A stretch of 58,673 nt of DNA, the filler included, from Jimgerdemannia flammicorona (taxonomy: Eukaryota): assembly GCA_003990765.1 (NCBI GenBank). It is 2 parts of 2 records of this genome, joined end to end, with 100 filler letters (N's around TTAATTAATTAA, not from the genome) between each part and the next. Parts side by side here need not be neighbours in the genome. Positions count along the whole stretch, not along the records: positions 1 to 29,291 come from RBNJ01000506.1; 1 more part is not named here. One strand, given 5' to 3'. A program made the position numbers and the translations under genes. Positions 10,620 through 23,535 of this stretch are shown here, one piece after another. Below the pieces are notes generated by a model. The model did not search any database and was not told the DNA's origin. It saw nothing but the letters and a program-made list of their open reading frames with translations. How positions within the stretch are numbered: the first letter of the stretch is position 1; every line of letters starts with the position of its first letter.

Positions 10620-11398
10620 ATCAGAAGAAGGGTGCCCAAGGAACTACACCCTAAAGGAAGCATTAAGGCACAAGAAGATCTCATCTGAAAAGAACTTCAG
10701 AAAGCCCACCAAAGACAGATGAATATAGAAGAGAAGCTGCAAACAACACACCAACATTGGCCCAACCTCAGAACATATGTCCTGAACATACTCAAGAAAT
10801 GTGACACCTGTCAGAAGTACCAAGGAAGGAAGAACTACCAAGCACTATTGCAACCAATTGCACCACCAGACGACATCTTTCAGTGATGGGGAGTAGACAT
10901 AATTGGTCCCCTACCAGTTATACCAAGAAGAAACAAGTATATCCTTGTATTTGTAAAACACCTGACTAAGTTGCCCAAGGCTTTCCCAATGGAAATCACA
11001 GATGCCTTGACCATTGTAGGCCTCCTCCATAGACTCACACTCAGATATGGACCCCTAGAAGAACTTATCTCTGACTGAGACACAGAATTCATCAACAACA
11101 TAATTACACATTATGCCCAAATTCATAAGATCCACCTCAAATGGACGACATTGTATCACCCTCAAACCAATAGTATCACAGAAAGAATGAACCAGACCAT
11201 CAAGAAAGAACTTGCCTAAGTCAATCCTCCTAATTGGGACCTTTGTTTACCTGAGATCCTATGGGAGATTCAAAATACCCCTGCTGCCTCCACCAAACAA
11301 AAGCCATTCGAAATGCACCCCTTTCTCAGCTAACATTTACATTACACACACTTTACAATACACTCTCAAGTCGTTTATTGGAGAAAGATGATAAGGAA

Positions 11399-13440
11399 AT
11401 GGCAAACAACAAGCAATCTGGGGTATATACTGAGCAGGGTGGCTCTAGTATGTTCAACTGGCAGCAGGTGGGGAGAGGCTCTGGTCTGGGGGGTGGCATG
11501 AGGGGGCTGTTGGCAGGAGGGCAAGAAGGAGGAGGAGGTGGCAGTAGAGGACAGGGGTCTGGGAGGGCGAGCTTCGCAGAGACAGTGAAGGGGAGGCAGC
11601 AGATGACAGGGTTGGAGGGTTGGCTGAGAAAAGGCAAGGAGATGGAGATGATAGTGGTATGCAGGGGAGGAGTACTGGGGGGTGAGAGCAGTGGAGCTGG
11701 GGGAGTAGTGGCTGGGGGGAGTGTGATGGCTGATGGTGACAGGACTGCCAATCTGAAAAAAAAATCCAGATGTGATGGCTGATGGCATAGCTGAGCAACT
11801 GAGGCTTGGAAGACAGGGAGATTTGGCAGATAATATGATAGGCCTGGCAGTGGCACTGTTACTCAAGAAATCAATCTCAGTATTTATGGTGATGTTGTGC
11901 TTCCGGGGCCTGGCAGTGATAGCGAAAATGGTGCTGGGGCTTATTGCTAAGCAGGTGGCTGGAGTAGCATCCATGAAGTTCCTGAAGAGATTGGAGGGAG
12001 TAGAGGTGGGTTTTGAGGAGGCTGAGTCTCTGGAGGAAGTACTGAAGGTTGGATTGATTGTTGGAGAGGTGTGTGTCCTGATGACATGCTGTCTGAAATG
12101 GGACCCCAGGGTGGTCCAACTACTGGAGAAAGGAGTGCCCATGGTGATGGCAATGGAGATGAGAAGGAGAGTTGAGGAGGTCATTGTGGAGTATGGTAAG
12201 ATAGTGAATATCAGGTTCAGGGTCTGGGAAGGGACCTCACTCAGAACTGGAGATGTGGATGTGTGTGTTCGGCTGGTAGCGAAAGAAGCTACAGAGAAGA
12301 CAAGGGACTGGCATTTGGTGATGGTCTGGGGGGTGATCTTATGCAAGGTGACATGGGTAAAGGGGAGTGAGGAGGAGGAAGAGAACTTGCTGGAGGCACT
12401 AGAAGAGCTGAGTGGAGCAGTGGAGCAGCAGGCAAAGGCTTAGAGGGCTTTTGTGGAGTTGACAAACTTGGAGGTGGTGGATGGGAAGAGGATTAGAGTG
12501 GACAAGGGGCAATGGGAAAGAGCTCAGGGCCATAAACATCAAAGGAGCTACTGGCTAAGATGGAAAGTCGACCACAAAAGGAGGCAGGTGGAATGGTGGA
12601 ACTGGGGGGTGCCAAGACAAGTGTCTGGGCCAGCAAGAAGGGTGGGAGTGCAGAGAAAGGAACAGAGGAGGACAGGAAAGCAGCTAGTAGCAACCCATAT
12701 ACTGATGGTATGTTTGAGGTCTTGGAGGATGACTGGGAGGGATCACCTACCCCTACTCCTCTCATCAGGTATGGGCCAGCTTCCTGGAGCAGGGCAAGAG
12801 AGGATGTGTCAATGAAGGGGGCACAGCGTGTGCAATTTGGTGTTCCTGAGGTAGCAAATGAGGGTCAGGTGGTGGCAGTTGGAGAGGAGGAATTGGTGGA
12901 TGTCCCAGAGGTGTGGGATGAGACTGCAAGTGCTGGGGCTGATACCACGATGTTGGATGGTGGAAGACCAGTGAGCCCAGGAGGGAAGAAGGTAGGGAAT
13001 CTACTTTGGATGTTCAGGATGATGAATAACCTGATGGCAGAAGAGCTGGGAGAGGTGGACTTGAGGTTAATAAGTGATGAGCAGTGGGCATGGGTAATGC
13101 AGAGAGAGGGTGTAGAGTTGGCATTGAAGGCAGAGACCCTTGTGGTATATCTGGAGGAGGAAGGGTATGAGGTGGATAAGAAGCAGGAGGCTGAACTAGC
13201 AGGGCTTGCTGGTGAGAGGGCCAAGTACTGTTGGGCCAAGTGACATAGATTGCAGCTCTGGCAGGAGGCCTGCTTGGAGTACCGAGAGGAGTTTGAGGAG
13301 AAGGCAGATGGGGAGATGAATGAGTTGTTGGCTGGATTGGAGGCTCAAAGGGCTGAAGAGGACGGCAGTGAGTGCAGAACATAATCTAGACATGGCACAG
13401 AAAGAGATAAACTTGAAGCAGTAGGGATGGACTGGATAAA
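11399..13440 (+). pseudogene. LINE ORF1 (Gly-rich N-terminus, RRM-like core, acidic coiled-coil-like C-terminus)
   Basis: SFAETVKG and KGVP...EYGKIVNI...WEGT..RTGD; conserved in the copies at 24980-26400 and 33050-35030. Confidence 0.75.
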
Positions 13441-13456
13441 CACACCATACTTCAAT

Positions 13457-16400
13457 ATGAATAGTACAACCAACATTTTTTCTTTGAATGTAAATAGGTT
13501 ATGAGGTACTTCTTGATGAAGGAACATTTTTACTTGGCTGAAGGGATTGAAGGCCGATCTCTTCCTCTTGCAGGATGTCATGTGTGAAGATGTTTTGGAT
13601 AAACTGGAATAGACGAAGAAATGGAGAGGTGAGGTAGTTTGGAAGGGCAAGATTGGGATTCTGGTATGGAAAGGCAGAGGGGAGATAAGGGATATGCAGA
13701 GCTGGGGGAATAGACTGGTCTGGGGTGAGTGGATATGTACAGGATGGGAGCCAATCACAGTGGGCTCTTGTTATTGCCCTGCTGTACAAGGAGCATGTGG
13801 ACTGGGTGAAAGGTCTTCAAGAGAGTGGGATACTCATGGAGGTGGGGGTGGATGTGCTTGGTGGGAACTTTAATATGGTTCGAGATGTACTATTAGACAG
13901 GACAGATAGAGGATAAGGAGCTGAGGGTCGGAGTGGAGGGCTGGTGGTATGGGAGGAAGTGGAAAGGTTGAGTGCTCTGGTGGATGTGGGTAGGAAGTGC
14001 TGGGGGGATAGGAGGATATACACACATTGGGGAGGGGGCTTGGGGATGGGAATTGATTGGATTCTGATGGCCAGCTGCTGGGGCTTAGATGTTTGGAGAT
14101 CACTGGAGGTGGAATGGTGTCCTTGGTCAGATCATTGGGGGATTTTCAGACAGGGACAGTTTGGGGGGAGTGGGGATGGGCCTGGACATTGATACCTCAA
14201 TTCCTCCTTGTTAGAAGATAAGATCTGGTGGAATGGGTGGGCTGCAGACATTCAACTACAGGTAGAGTATTGGAGACAGGAAGGGGCCCCAGTTGGTGTT
14301 TGGTGGATGAGGATGAAGGAGATAGCTAGGACATACTGGAGTGAGGCTAGCAAGAAGGCTGGGAAATAGAGGAGGCAACTAGTGAGATGGGCTTCTAGTA
14401 GACTGTCTAGGCTCTTGGGAGATTGGGTGAGACTGGTGACACTGAAGGGAGAGGAGAATTGGAGGTCAATAAGGGTGAAAAAGGAGGTTAGTGAACTTCA
14501 ACAGGTGTTGTGGGAGGAGGAAGAGGCGAGGGTGCAGAGTTTGGCAGTACAGCTACATTGGCAGGGTTTGGAAGAAGAAAAGAGGCCCTCTAAGTATCTC
14601 ACGAGAGCCCTTCGGGCAAGGAGGGTACAACAAAGGTGGGAGGGGGTGCTTAACTCTGATGGTATTCTGGTTCATGTTATTCAAGATGTTCTTGGATCTT
14701 TAAAGGTGCACTGGAGTGGATTGTGGAGTGAGGAGGAGGGTGGGGTATATGCTGATGCTATTGGCCATACACTAGAAGATTGGCACCCCCCATGAGTAGA
14801 GGGGATGGGTGACTTGGTGTTGCCATTCCAAGAGGAGGAGATCCACCAGGTTCTTGCTGTGACAATGCTGGGTATGGTGCCTGGAGAAGATGGTTTGCCC
14901 TGGGACTTCTGGAAGAAGATGGTCAGGATCTCAGGAGTACTGGGTGAGATGATGGCATTGTGTGATCTTATTCTACAGACAGGGAGATGGGGGGGGAACA
15001 GGTTCTGGGGTTGGTGACATTGCTCTACAAGAACAAAGGAAGGCAAGAGGACTGGAAGAACTGGAGGCTGATTATGCTCCTGGATATGGACAGAAAGTTG
15101 GTTACTAAGGTGGTGGTTGCAAGGCTACAAAAGGTTGCCCAATAAATCTTGTGCATTGAGTAGAGGGGCTTTGTAGGGGGATGGCTCATTAGGGATAGTA
15201 CAGCCTGGGTACATAGAGTTATTGAAGGGGCATGAGCTTGTGGATTGGATGGGCACCTGGTCTTTTTGGATGAGGAGAAGGCTTATGACTGAGTGAGGTG
15301 AGTCTGGATGGTGAAAGTTTTGGATAGGACTAGGATTCTGCATCAGTTCTGGTCAGCAATGGTCAGTCTACTGGAAGAGAGTAGGGCAGCGCTTATGTGT
15401 AATGGACATTGAGGGGTGGTTTTTCCCCTGGATAGGGGGGTGCCCCAGGGGGACCCATTGTCCCCCATCCTGTATGCCCTTTCTCTGGAACCTCTACTGG
15501 ATAGAATCAGGCAGAAGATAGTGGGGCTCTCTATCTTTGGCATTGGGTGGAAGGTAGGGGCCTTTGCAAATGACATGGTGGTCAGACTGGGATCGATTGC
15601 TGATGTTGAGGAGCTTAAGGAGACAGTGGAGTGGTATGAGGAGACCTCTGGAGCAAGACTTAAATGGCATAAGTGTGAAATAATGGTGTTAGGCAATGGT
15701 CTGGTGGGCAGGGAGGTTATTTGAACAATCATCCCTGCTGGTGAGGCAGTGCAGTCCTTGAGTATCTATTTATCAGTATATGGGTAAGTACTACCCAGGC
15801 TTTGGTGGGAGCAGTGGGTTGGAATCTGGGGGGAGGCCCTGCAGAGTTGGGGGGGCTGTCAATTGTCTCTGGCAGGGTGTGTTTCAATTTTGAACATCTA
15901 CTGGCTGCCGAAGTTATAGTATCTGGCATATCATCTGGACTTCTCATCCTGGGTGGTGAAGAGGCTGATGAAGCTAGCCAAGGGATGGATCTGGGCAGGA
16001 AGGAGGAGTCAGATAAGCTGGGAAGTCTTGTCCTTACTGGTGGCAAGTGGTGGACTGGGACTGGTAGACTTTCTGAAGAGGCTACACTGCTTGAGGGTTT
16101 GGTGGTTGAAGAGGGCCATGGAGTTGAGAGGGGGTGGTTGGGTTCCCCTATTGCAGAAGGTTTGGGAGAGGAGGTCCTCGCCAAGAGGCTCAACTGGAGA
16201 TCTCCTATCTTTGGTTGGACTTCAGAACATTAATCAACTGTGATACAAAGGCTTCTGGTGGGGGGTGGTAGAGGGGGCACACCACATCAGAATCCATTGG
16301 CAGGGGAATGAAGAAGAGGTGGATTGGGACCCAGCAATGTAGAGATGGGACCAAGTACTGCTGGGCAGCATTCCATTACTTGAGTTTGACATTAGTGATG

Positions 16401-17040
16401 AGATAGATCGCCAGAGGGGACCAGGCCAGAATCTGTGGCCCAGTGGTTGGCAAGATATAGGAATTGGCAAGAAGTGAGACTAGCGTAGCATTTGGGCATA
16501 GAGTGCTGAGGTGAGAAGATGGATGCTGCCAAAGTACTGAGTGACTTGGTGGCGCATGCTGAGGAGGAATGTCATGCTCAATTACTGCTTGAGTCACCTT
16601 GTTGAGAGAGGTTGCTTTGACTGCAAGGAGTGCTATAATGTAGGACAGGAAGGGGGTTATGTGCAGATGCCTAAATATTGGCTAGGGGAGTATGAGGTAC
16701 TTAGTGACTTTGGCAGACTATTGGGGATTGTTTGGAGGTAAGATGTAGGGGAGCTGGTGTGCAGGTGCAGTGGGAGGATTTGAGAGACAGACTGGTGGGG
16801 GGGGTGGGAAAGGAATAGCTCATGCTAGGCTGGGCTCTGGTCATTTGGGTAGGGTTGGCCAGTCACTTGTTATTTGTTTTCAAGGATGGGAGGAGACTAG
16901 GCTTGGAGGTCTGGCTGCTGCAGTAGCATTGCCTTATGGAAGACACCTTGATGGGCTGGTGGCTTGGTTGGGGGATGCAGGGTGGTCAGAGGCATCGATT
17001 GGTGGAGAAAATTTGTAGGCAGAGTGGGAGAAGGGTAGGA
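13457..17040 (+). pseudogene. LINE ORF2 (APE endonuclease, RT, C-terminal Cys motif)
   Basis: FSLNVN, LFLLQD, GGNFN, IDWIL, SDH; PGEDGLP, KNWRLIMLL, GVPQGDPLSP, AFAND; CFDCKE. Confidence 0.92.
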
Positions 17041-17640
17041 GTAGTGGGGGAGAAGGTGGTTTTTGCTTGGGTAGGGGTGGGGAGGGGCCCCCCTATGGGG
17101 ATCAGGTAGTGGGAGGAAGACTGTATACTTAACAATAGAATGGTAATAAATGGCAGAGTCTAAGTGACTATAAAAAAAAAAAAAAAAAAAAGCCATTCAA
17201 AATGATGTTTGCCAAGAAAACCAGAACTACTGATCATGAGAACCTTGAACACCTCCTCAAGAAGACAGAACAGTTATATAATCAGGCCCAAGTTCTACCA
17301 AAGCACAAGAAAGACCAAAGTAGTACTATGACCAGAAATAGAAGGACCAGAAGATCAAGATTGGAGATCAAGTACTATTTTGGAGAAGCATGATTGAAAC
17401 AAACTTTGCTGCCAAATTGGAACCCAAATGGGAAGGACCTTATCTTGTATACAATATCTGAGGAACCAGCATCTATTTAAGAAGCATAGATGGATGGACC
17501 CTCAGGACACCAGTACACATCAACTACCTCAAGATATACCTCTCCTATCATGAATAAGACAATTGACCAGTGCCTTTAGACCCTTGTTCTGAGTTCATTC
17601 CAATCACTCCTGGTTTTCCTTCCACAATTCCAACAAGCCA

Positions 17641-18059
17641 ATGGAAACCCCCTTTAGTGAATCCAGACTCATCAAGAGAACCTCACTTTCACCAGACATT
17701 TACTGCAAGTCCACCAACTGCAGACTTACTATGCAATTGGAGAACAGTTGCAGAACCTCCTAGCAGCAGACCTGACCTACATCAGAAACTCCACTGACCT
17801 CACCCAGTAAAATACCACTGCTGCAGACAGATTGTACACAATCCACAAATGCAATGTCCCAGCCTTGACACAAGCACAATTCCTTCTGAATGATATTTAG
17901 AACATAAACCCCACCACCTACTGAAGCATTATCAACCATGTCAAAATCCTGTTCCCAGAAGAAGAAGAATCTCTTGAGTGGAGTGACTCTGATCCAAATG
18001 AAGATACTGGTTCAGATATTGATACTGAAGATGCTTATAGATATTGGAATGATGACTAA
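17641..18059 (+). pseudogene. Extra 3' ORF (ORF3) of Ty3 family A, unknown function
   Basis: Hand translation: METPF, a frameshift, then IQTH...QTYYAIGEQL...AADRLYTIHKCNVPAL... and an acidic tail. Aligns with 40003..40299. Confidence 0.75.
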
Positions 18060-18099
18060 AGGATTGTCTGAGAGCAGACCATCATTTAGTGGGGGCTGA

Positions 18100-19545
18100 T
18101 GTAACAAGCAACAGAACTATATCACTGAAATCATAAATTAGCCATATACTATATCTAGTGTACTGAGCAACCAAGACTGCTTTACTGTGCCAACTTGTAT
18201 ATTTAGCCAGAGATACCAGAAAGAGTATGTTTACCTGCATCCTCAAGGTACACCATATCCTCAAGGTATACATTATACCCTCAAGGAACACTTGCCATAG
18301 TTAGCAATCTATAGTTAGCAACATAGTAACCCATAGCAACTACAACTGTATAAATTACCCCAGAGATTAGAGTGAATAAACCTCAGTCCGAAATTGAAGC
18401 AAAAGATAAGTCTGCCTATCATACTTTGAGAGGAACTCTACAGCCACTGCTTGGAGATTGTGAGCTTATTTCTCCACTCTGGTCCTCTTTCTGATACAAA
18501 GCTTGCAAATTTTGCCACCAAGTTTGAGTGAAGAACTTTGCTCCCTTTGGAATTATTAGTATGCTTGCCATACTAAGCCTGAAGAATCTGAGTTTGCTGC
18601 CCAAGTTCAAGGAAGAACTTCACTACCATTTCCAAGTTATTCTCTACATTCCCAGAAAGCCTAAGAGAAAGCCACCTTACTCAAGCCAGTTTCTGATGCA
18701 ACTTCAAAGTGAATCCATTCGCACAAACAAAGCCAGTCTTTGATATAACTTTGCCAAGAGACCCTTTCCCAAAAGCTGCCAGTTATTCATATTCCCAGTT
18801 GAAGCTGCCAATTTAGGAAGAATCTGTGCCATTGTATTTCCAGAGAACCCACTGATTCAGGGAGAATCTGTGACATCTGAGTTATGCATGTCATCCAAGG
18901 TATTATTCTCAGAAGAGCCCAATTCGGAAGAAGTCATACCATCTGAGTTATTTCCCAGTTAAAGCCACTGCTTTCAAGAAGCCTGCCAATTCAGGAGAAT
19001 CCGTGACATCCGAGTTATCCAAATTACCTAAGTTATCAGAATTATCTACAATATCCAAGTTATTTATTGTTCCCAGTGAGCCCAAGAAGAATCTGCCACC
19101 AGGTTAATTCCCGGGAAGAAAAATTCACGCCATCTTCTATTCCCAAACTACTGATTTAGATGAATCCATGTGAAAATAAGTTATCTACCAAATTATCAGA
19201 ATGTCCTGCATTAGGAATCCGCCATGCTACACAGAGATCATCATGCCACACTAGAGATTGTCACCCAGAAATTACATACTTTTGGAGATTGTGCTATATA
19301 TGAATTTCTAATAATTCCCAGTTGACCCAAGAAGGAAATCCATTCACACACAAATCGCAACCACACCCAGAGAACTGTCCCAATAAGGAAATCACTCACA
19401 GATATCTAGCTTTGACTATTATACCACTAAACACCAAGAACATTTTGTTGCTTTTAACAAAGTAACTGGGGGCTCAAGCCAAACTACACCAACCCCCAAT
19501 CTTGCAATTTGCCTCCATTGAGCCAGGCATATTATACTATTAACA
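18100..19545 (+). repeat. Probable 3' LTR of Ty3 family A (right boundary uncertain; internal degenerate repeats)
   Basis: Starts TGTAAC after a G-rich tract; TATAAA and AATAAA block at 18345-18395 shared with the family B LTR. Confidence 0.55.
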
Positions 19546-19694
19546 TCAAGTTATATAAAGTGACAAGTATAGAATCTACATCAGGTATAAGTGAGATTTA
19601 ATAATAATTGGTATTTAATTATTCCTGGCCACATACTATAAAAATGCTTTTCTTATAAATTTACTCTCACTCTGTCAAGATTTTCAGACATATC

Positions 19695-22600
19695 TATCTA
19701 GAAGAAGATGAGGAAGGTGCACTGGGGGCTATAGAAGGAGGAAGGGGGGCAAACCCACAGCCAGAGTCAAAGATGAGATGAGATATTTGGAAAGGCAGTA
19801 AAAAGGATAAGCAAAGAACAGGACAGAAATTGCATCTGCAGTTTATTACTGCTCAAAAAGAGTAGTCCTTATATATAAATGTAATATCTCAAAAAGGAAT
19901 AACATACTAAAATATCAAGTGAACAATATTAGTAACTAAATTTTACATAAGGAACTAATTCCAGAGTGAGAATAAAAATCAAAATAAAACAAATCCAAAT
20001 TGAGATTAAAAAACATTCACAGACTTTAGAGGAGGGAGTATAGAGGTTGAGTGAAGTGAGTCATAGTATATAAGTCTGAGATAAAGCTGAGAGGCCAAAG
20101 ACAGCAGAGGGGAGTAAAGTAAGACCAAATATCTTGGAGCAAACATGAGATCTTAGAGAGGGCCAGAATGGTTTTTAATCTTCTCCAGTAGAGCTAAAAA
20201 CACCCAAAGATGATGAAAATGTAAAATGAGAGTAATGAGTTAGAGAAGAAATATATGAAAGGTATGATCTAGTAATGAGAGAATATTGAGAAAGAGAGAA
20301 CAGGCCATAATACAAAGAGAAGAGCACAAAACAATATGAGAGTATTGTGTAGCTCAGCAAGCTTAATCAAAGAGTATGATAATAATTGAGAAAGAGAATA
20401 AAGAGAAGGTATAGAGTGGGTAAGAAGGAAAAGAGAGAAGAGAGAGAGAGTAAAGTAGAGAGTGTAGAGAGGAGTATACAACAGACTATTTAATACAGAC
20501 AAGCAGATTATAATTAATAGAAATAGAGTAAGTAGAGTGATACATCAAAAAATTACTAAGAACCTGAACAGCTAATATACCATCAGAATGATGGAGAAGT
20601 AAAAAGCAAGATATTGAACTTTACTATAAATATATTTATAATAGTATGATGGAGGTAATTGAAATGATAGTCAGAAAACTGTTGGGAATAGAGAAACTTA
20701 GAATAAACAATAGTTTGGAAAGGAGAAGTAAAATAGAAAGGTCCCAAAGATAAATATTGACCAATCCAAGCATCCAGTTGATAGAGTGATGGAGAGAGTA
20801 GATACCACAAAATATGTTAGAGATATCTAGGCCAGAAATAGCAAAGATATTAAGGTTATTAATATAATGGCAAAAAGAAGATATCACTAGTTTGAAAAGT
20901 AATAGTGAGTAGTAAAGAAGAATCATATAGTATACAAAGATTATAGATCAAGTCAATAAGGTTAGCAAGAGTAGGGATACAATATATTTCCATAGTGATA
21001 TCAGAAATCTGATGATAAGAGCCAATGACTTACTCAAAGTAGTTAGAGTAGTAGATGAGAAGTATGAGCTCAATATATTTAGGCCAAAGGAATAGAGAAT
21101 CTAAAGGATAAATAATAGAACTGAGGAAGTAAAGGTAATTATTAATTATATTAAATATATAATAGCATAAAAGAAGAGTAATTACCAGAGACTAAATAGG
21201 AAAAATAAGTAATAGACATAATAGTGAAACAAAGAAGAGTGAGCTCCAGGATATTACAAAGAATAATATACTTAGGTCACAGGCAGTGTTGAAGAAGTAC
21301 TATCTAAGAGAGGAAGAAATAGAATAACTATTTTGAAACCTCAGTAGTTGATAAGTAAAATATAGTAGTAATGGGATATTAGGCCAAAGTAGACTTATGA
21401 ACTTTTGAAAGAGTAAAGCAAACCGGAAGATGACTATTTAGTAGGAATAAAGAATTTAAGAAGAAAGTAAAAATAAGAGATATAATTGAGAAATCTGAAA
21501 GTGAGAATATATGAGCCAATTCATCCTGAAGAAGAGAAAGAATCTGATATAATCCAAGAGTATATAACTTGTAAGCTAAGGCACAGAGGAGGGCTAAAAT
21601 ACCATCAAGATATAGTAATTGAGAAATAAGGAAACAATCTTAATTCTTTCTATAACTATGAGAAAATATAAAGGTAATTGCTTTGCTAATTTTAGTACCA
21701 TATATACAGCATGGTCTGAATAAGTAAGAGTGAATTGAAAATAAGCAAGCCATGTCTAAAAATATATAGTTTGAAGAGATATTGATAGAGGGGGCCCAAT
21801 TGCTAGAAACAAAATTATGAGAGAGTATCTCAGCATGATCTTCAAAGAAGATAGCAAGGTCTAGAATATAATGAAAATACTAAGACAAGGCAGATTGACA
21901 AGGAAAATTGTGAGCAAGTTACCAGAAAATTTAAATAAGAGCCCTAAGCAAGTGGAATACTTGAAGAAGAGAAAGTGAGCATTTAGCCCAAGAAAAAGAG
22001 AGAGACAAAAGAGCTTTAGATGAAGTGTAAACTCGAAAATTCAGGACAAGTAACTGGAAAAGACAAAGAGAGCCAAAATGAGAAACGACTCAAAGTATAT
22101 CAGAAGTGATAATAGAATCTGAGTAGAGACAGAGATATTGTAGATGAACTAAGCTGGGGAGGAGTTTAAGAGCAGGAGGTCATTCACTTTTATCAGACTT
22201 TTTTAATAAGAGTGATATAAATAAGTAAGAGCATATGCTATTAAAATACAAGACCTTCTGGTGGTAGGCCTTGGTATAGACCTTGTTCTTAGAGATATAA
22301 GTAGAGAGAGAGCAAGATCTAGAGAAGACAGAAGATACTCTAGAGAGAGAATAAAAGTGAGAGCAAGCCAAGATCTTGGAGGAAAAGGAGGAGACAGGAG
22401 TAGCAAGATGAGAGTAGTCACTATATATATAAGTAGTCTTAGTAGAGTAATAGTAAGTATAATAGAGGTGGTCAGAGCAGACAGTATAGGATCAGGAGCT
22501 AATAGAGTGAGTACTAAGAATGTAACTATATATATTTGAGAGCAGTTGAAGTCTTAGAGGTAGGCAAGAGTGAGTATAAAGAGGCTGACAAGATCTTTGC

Positions 22601-23434
22601 AAATATGTGAGATAGTGAGGACTTGGCAGACTTGGCAGTAATATTAGCAAAAGAGATGCAAACCAATGCCCTTAGAGATGAAGATCTTGAAAGTTGTTGG
22701 AATAGGAGCTGTAGAGACAGAGTAAACTGTGGAGGTAGTATGAGAAGCCTCAGACTCATAGAAGTAAGTGAGAAAGGATCAGCTAGTGAGCAAGAAGTAA
22801 TATATAGCTTCAATATTAGCAGTAGTAGAGAGGATCTCATTGGTAGAGAAACTATGAAATAAAGTAGTATCAATAAGACAGAAGACCATAAAGACTACAA
22901 AAGTGATATAGGAATTGAAGATGAAGAGAAGAGTAGCAGAGATAGCATCATATATAGTATTAGTGGTATCAGTCTTAATAGTGATAGATGTGTTATAAAT
23001 CTCTTCAGAGAAGGCATAATGGTGTTCCTCAGTAAGGAAAGAAAACTTGATTGTAGGCTGAGCAATAGTATTAATATTATGATAAAGATAAGTTATCTTA
23101 GAGAAGAGGACAAGAATTGAGAAAAGAGAGGGTATCTAGACAGACAAAGATCCAGAAGAATAGAGAGGATAGTAGATAATATATAGGTGTTAAATGAGAT
23201 AGTAGTAGAGATAAAGGTGAGAGAGACAGCTGCAGGAGGGTCATCAGTGATGCTTAGTGGAGAAAATTTGTGGGTATAGTGAGAGGAGAGTTATAGAAGC
23301 AGATAGTAAGGGTCTTCAAGTATGAGAGTGTGGGGGGAGAGGACCCTAGGGAGATTGGGTAGGGGCTGAGTAGTGGGCTGGAGTACTGTATTTATATTTA
23401 ATAAACTGGTAATAAATAGCAAAGTCTAAGAGAA

Positions 23435-23470
<36 letters not shown>

Positions 23471-23535
23471 TGAGAGAGATAGTAAGAAGAGGAATATCCT
23501 CCACTATGGCCATAAAAGCAGTAGGGGTCCTGTAA
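19695..23535 (-). mobile_element. Old, heavily AT-shifted copy of PLE family 1 (ORF1-RT-3' pLTR)
   Basis: Collinear with 2540-6212; RT ends ...STGED* at 20175; inverted-repeat arms kept at 20004-20018 and 20166-20180. Confidence 0.85.
23230..23468 (+). mobile_element. 5'-truncated LINE 3' end with poly(A)
   Basis: Similar to 16975-17190; TSD GTGAGAGAGA(C/T)AG at 23217-23229 and 23470-23482. Confidence 0.85.

Larger units (their letters stand above)
11316..17190 (+). mobile_element. Full-length L1/Tx1-type LINE with poly(A) and TSD
   Basis: TSD AGCCATTC(G/A)AAATG at 11302-11315 and 17191-17204; two ORFs; poly(A) from 17172. Confidence 0.95.
10620..17555 (+). pseudogene. Integrase of Ty3 family A, split by the LINE (10620-11315 and 17205-17555)
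   Basis: CDTCQ, WGVDIIGPLP, SD.DTEF, YHPQTN..TERMN; STKQKPFEM/MFAKK is contiguous across the TSD; EPKWEGPY; no chromodomain seen. Confidence 0.9.
6213..19545 (+). mobile_element. Ty3/gypsy LTR retrotransposon family A; 5' part missing, interrupted by a LINE
   Basis: Domain order PR-dUTPase-RT-RH-IN, then an extra ORF, a purine-rich tract and TGTAAC at 18100. The right end is uncertain. Confidence 0.8.

Noticed and set aside
10611..10625. ATGA stop/start overlap suggesting a separate integrase ORF in Ty3-A
   Set aside because: The integrase motifs are in the same frame as RNase H, so the TGA is best explained as a CGA-to-TGA mutation.
11353..16600. Long antisense ORFs over LINEs and PLEs (for example 11375..12346)
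   Set aside because: These are shadow frames caused by extreme strand compositional bias; they are Ser/Pro/Thr-rich with no motifs.
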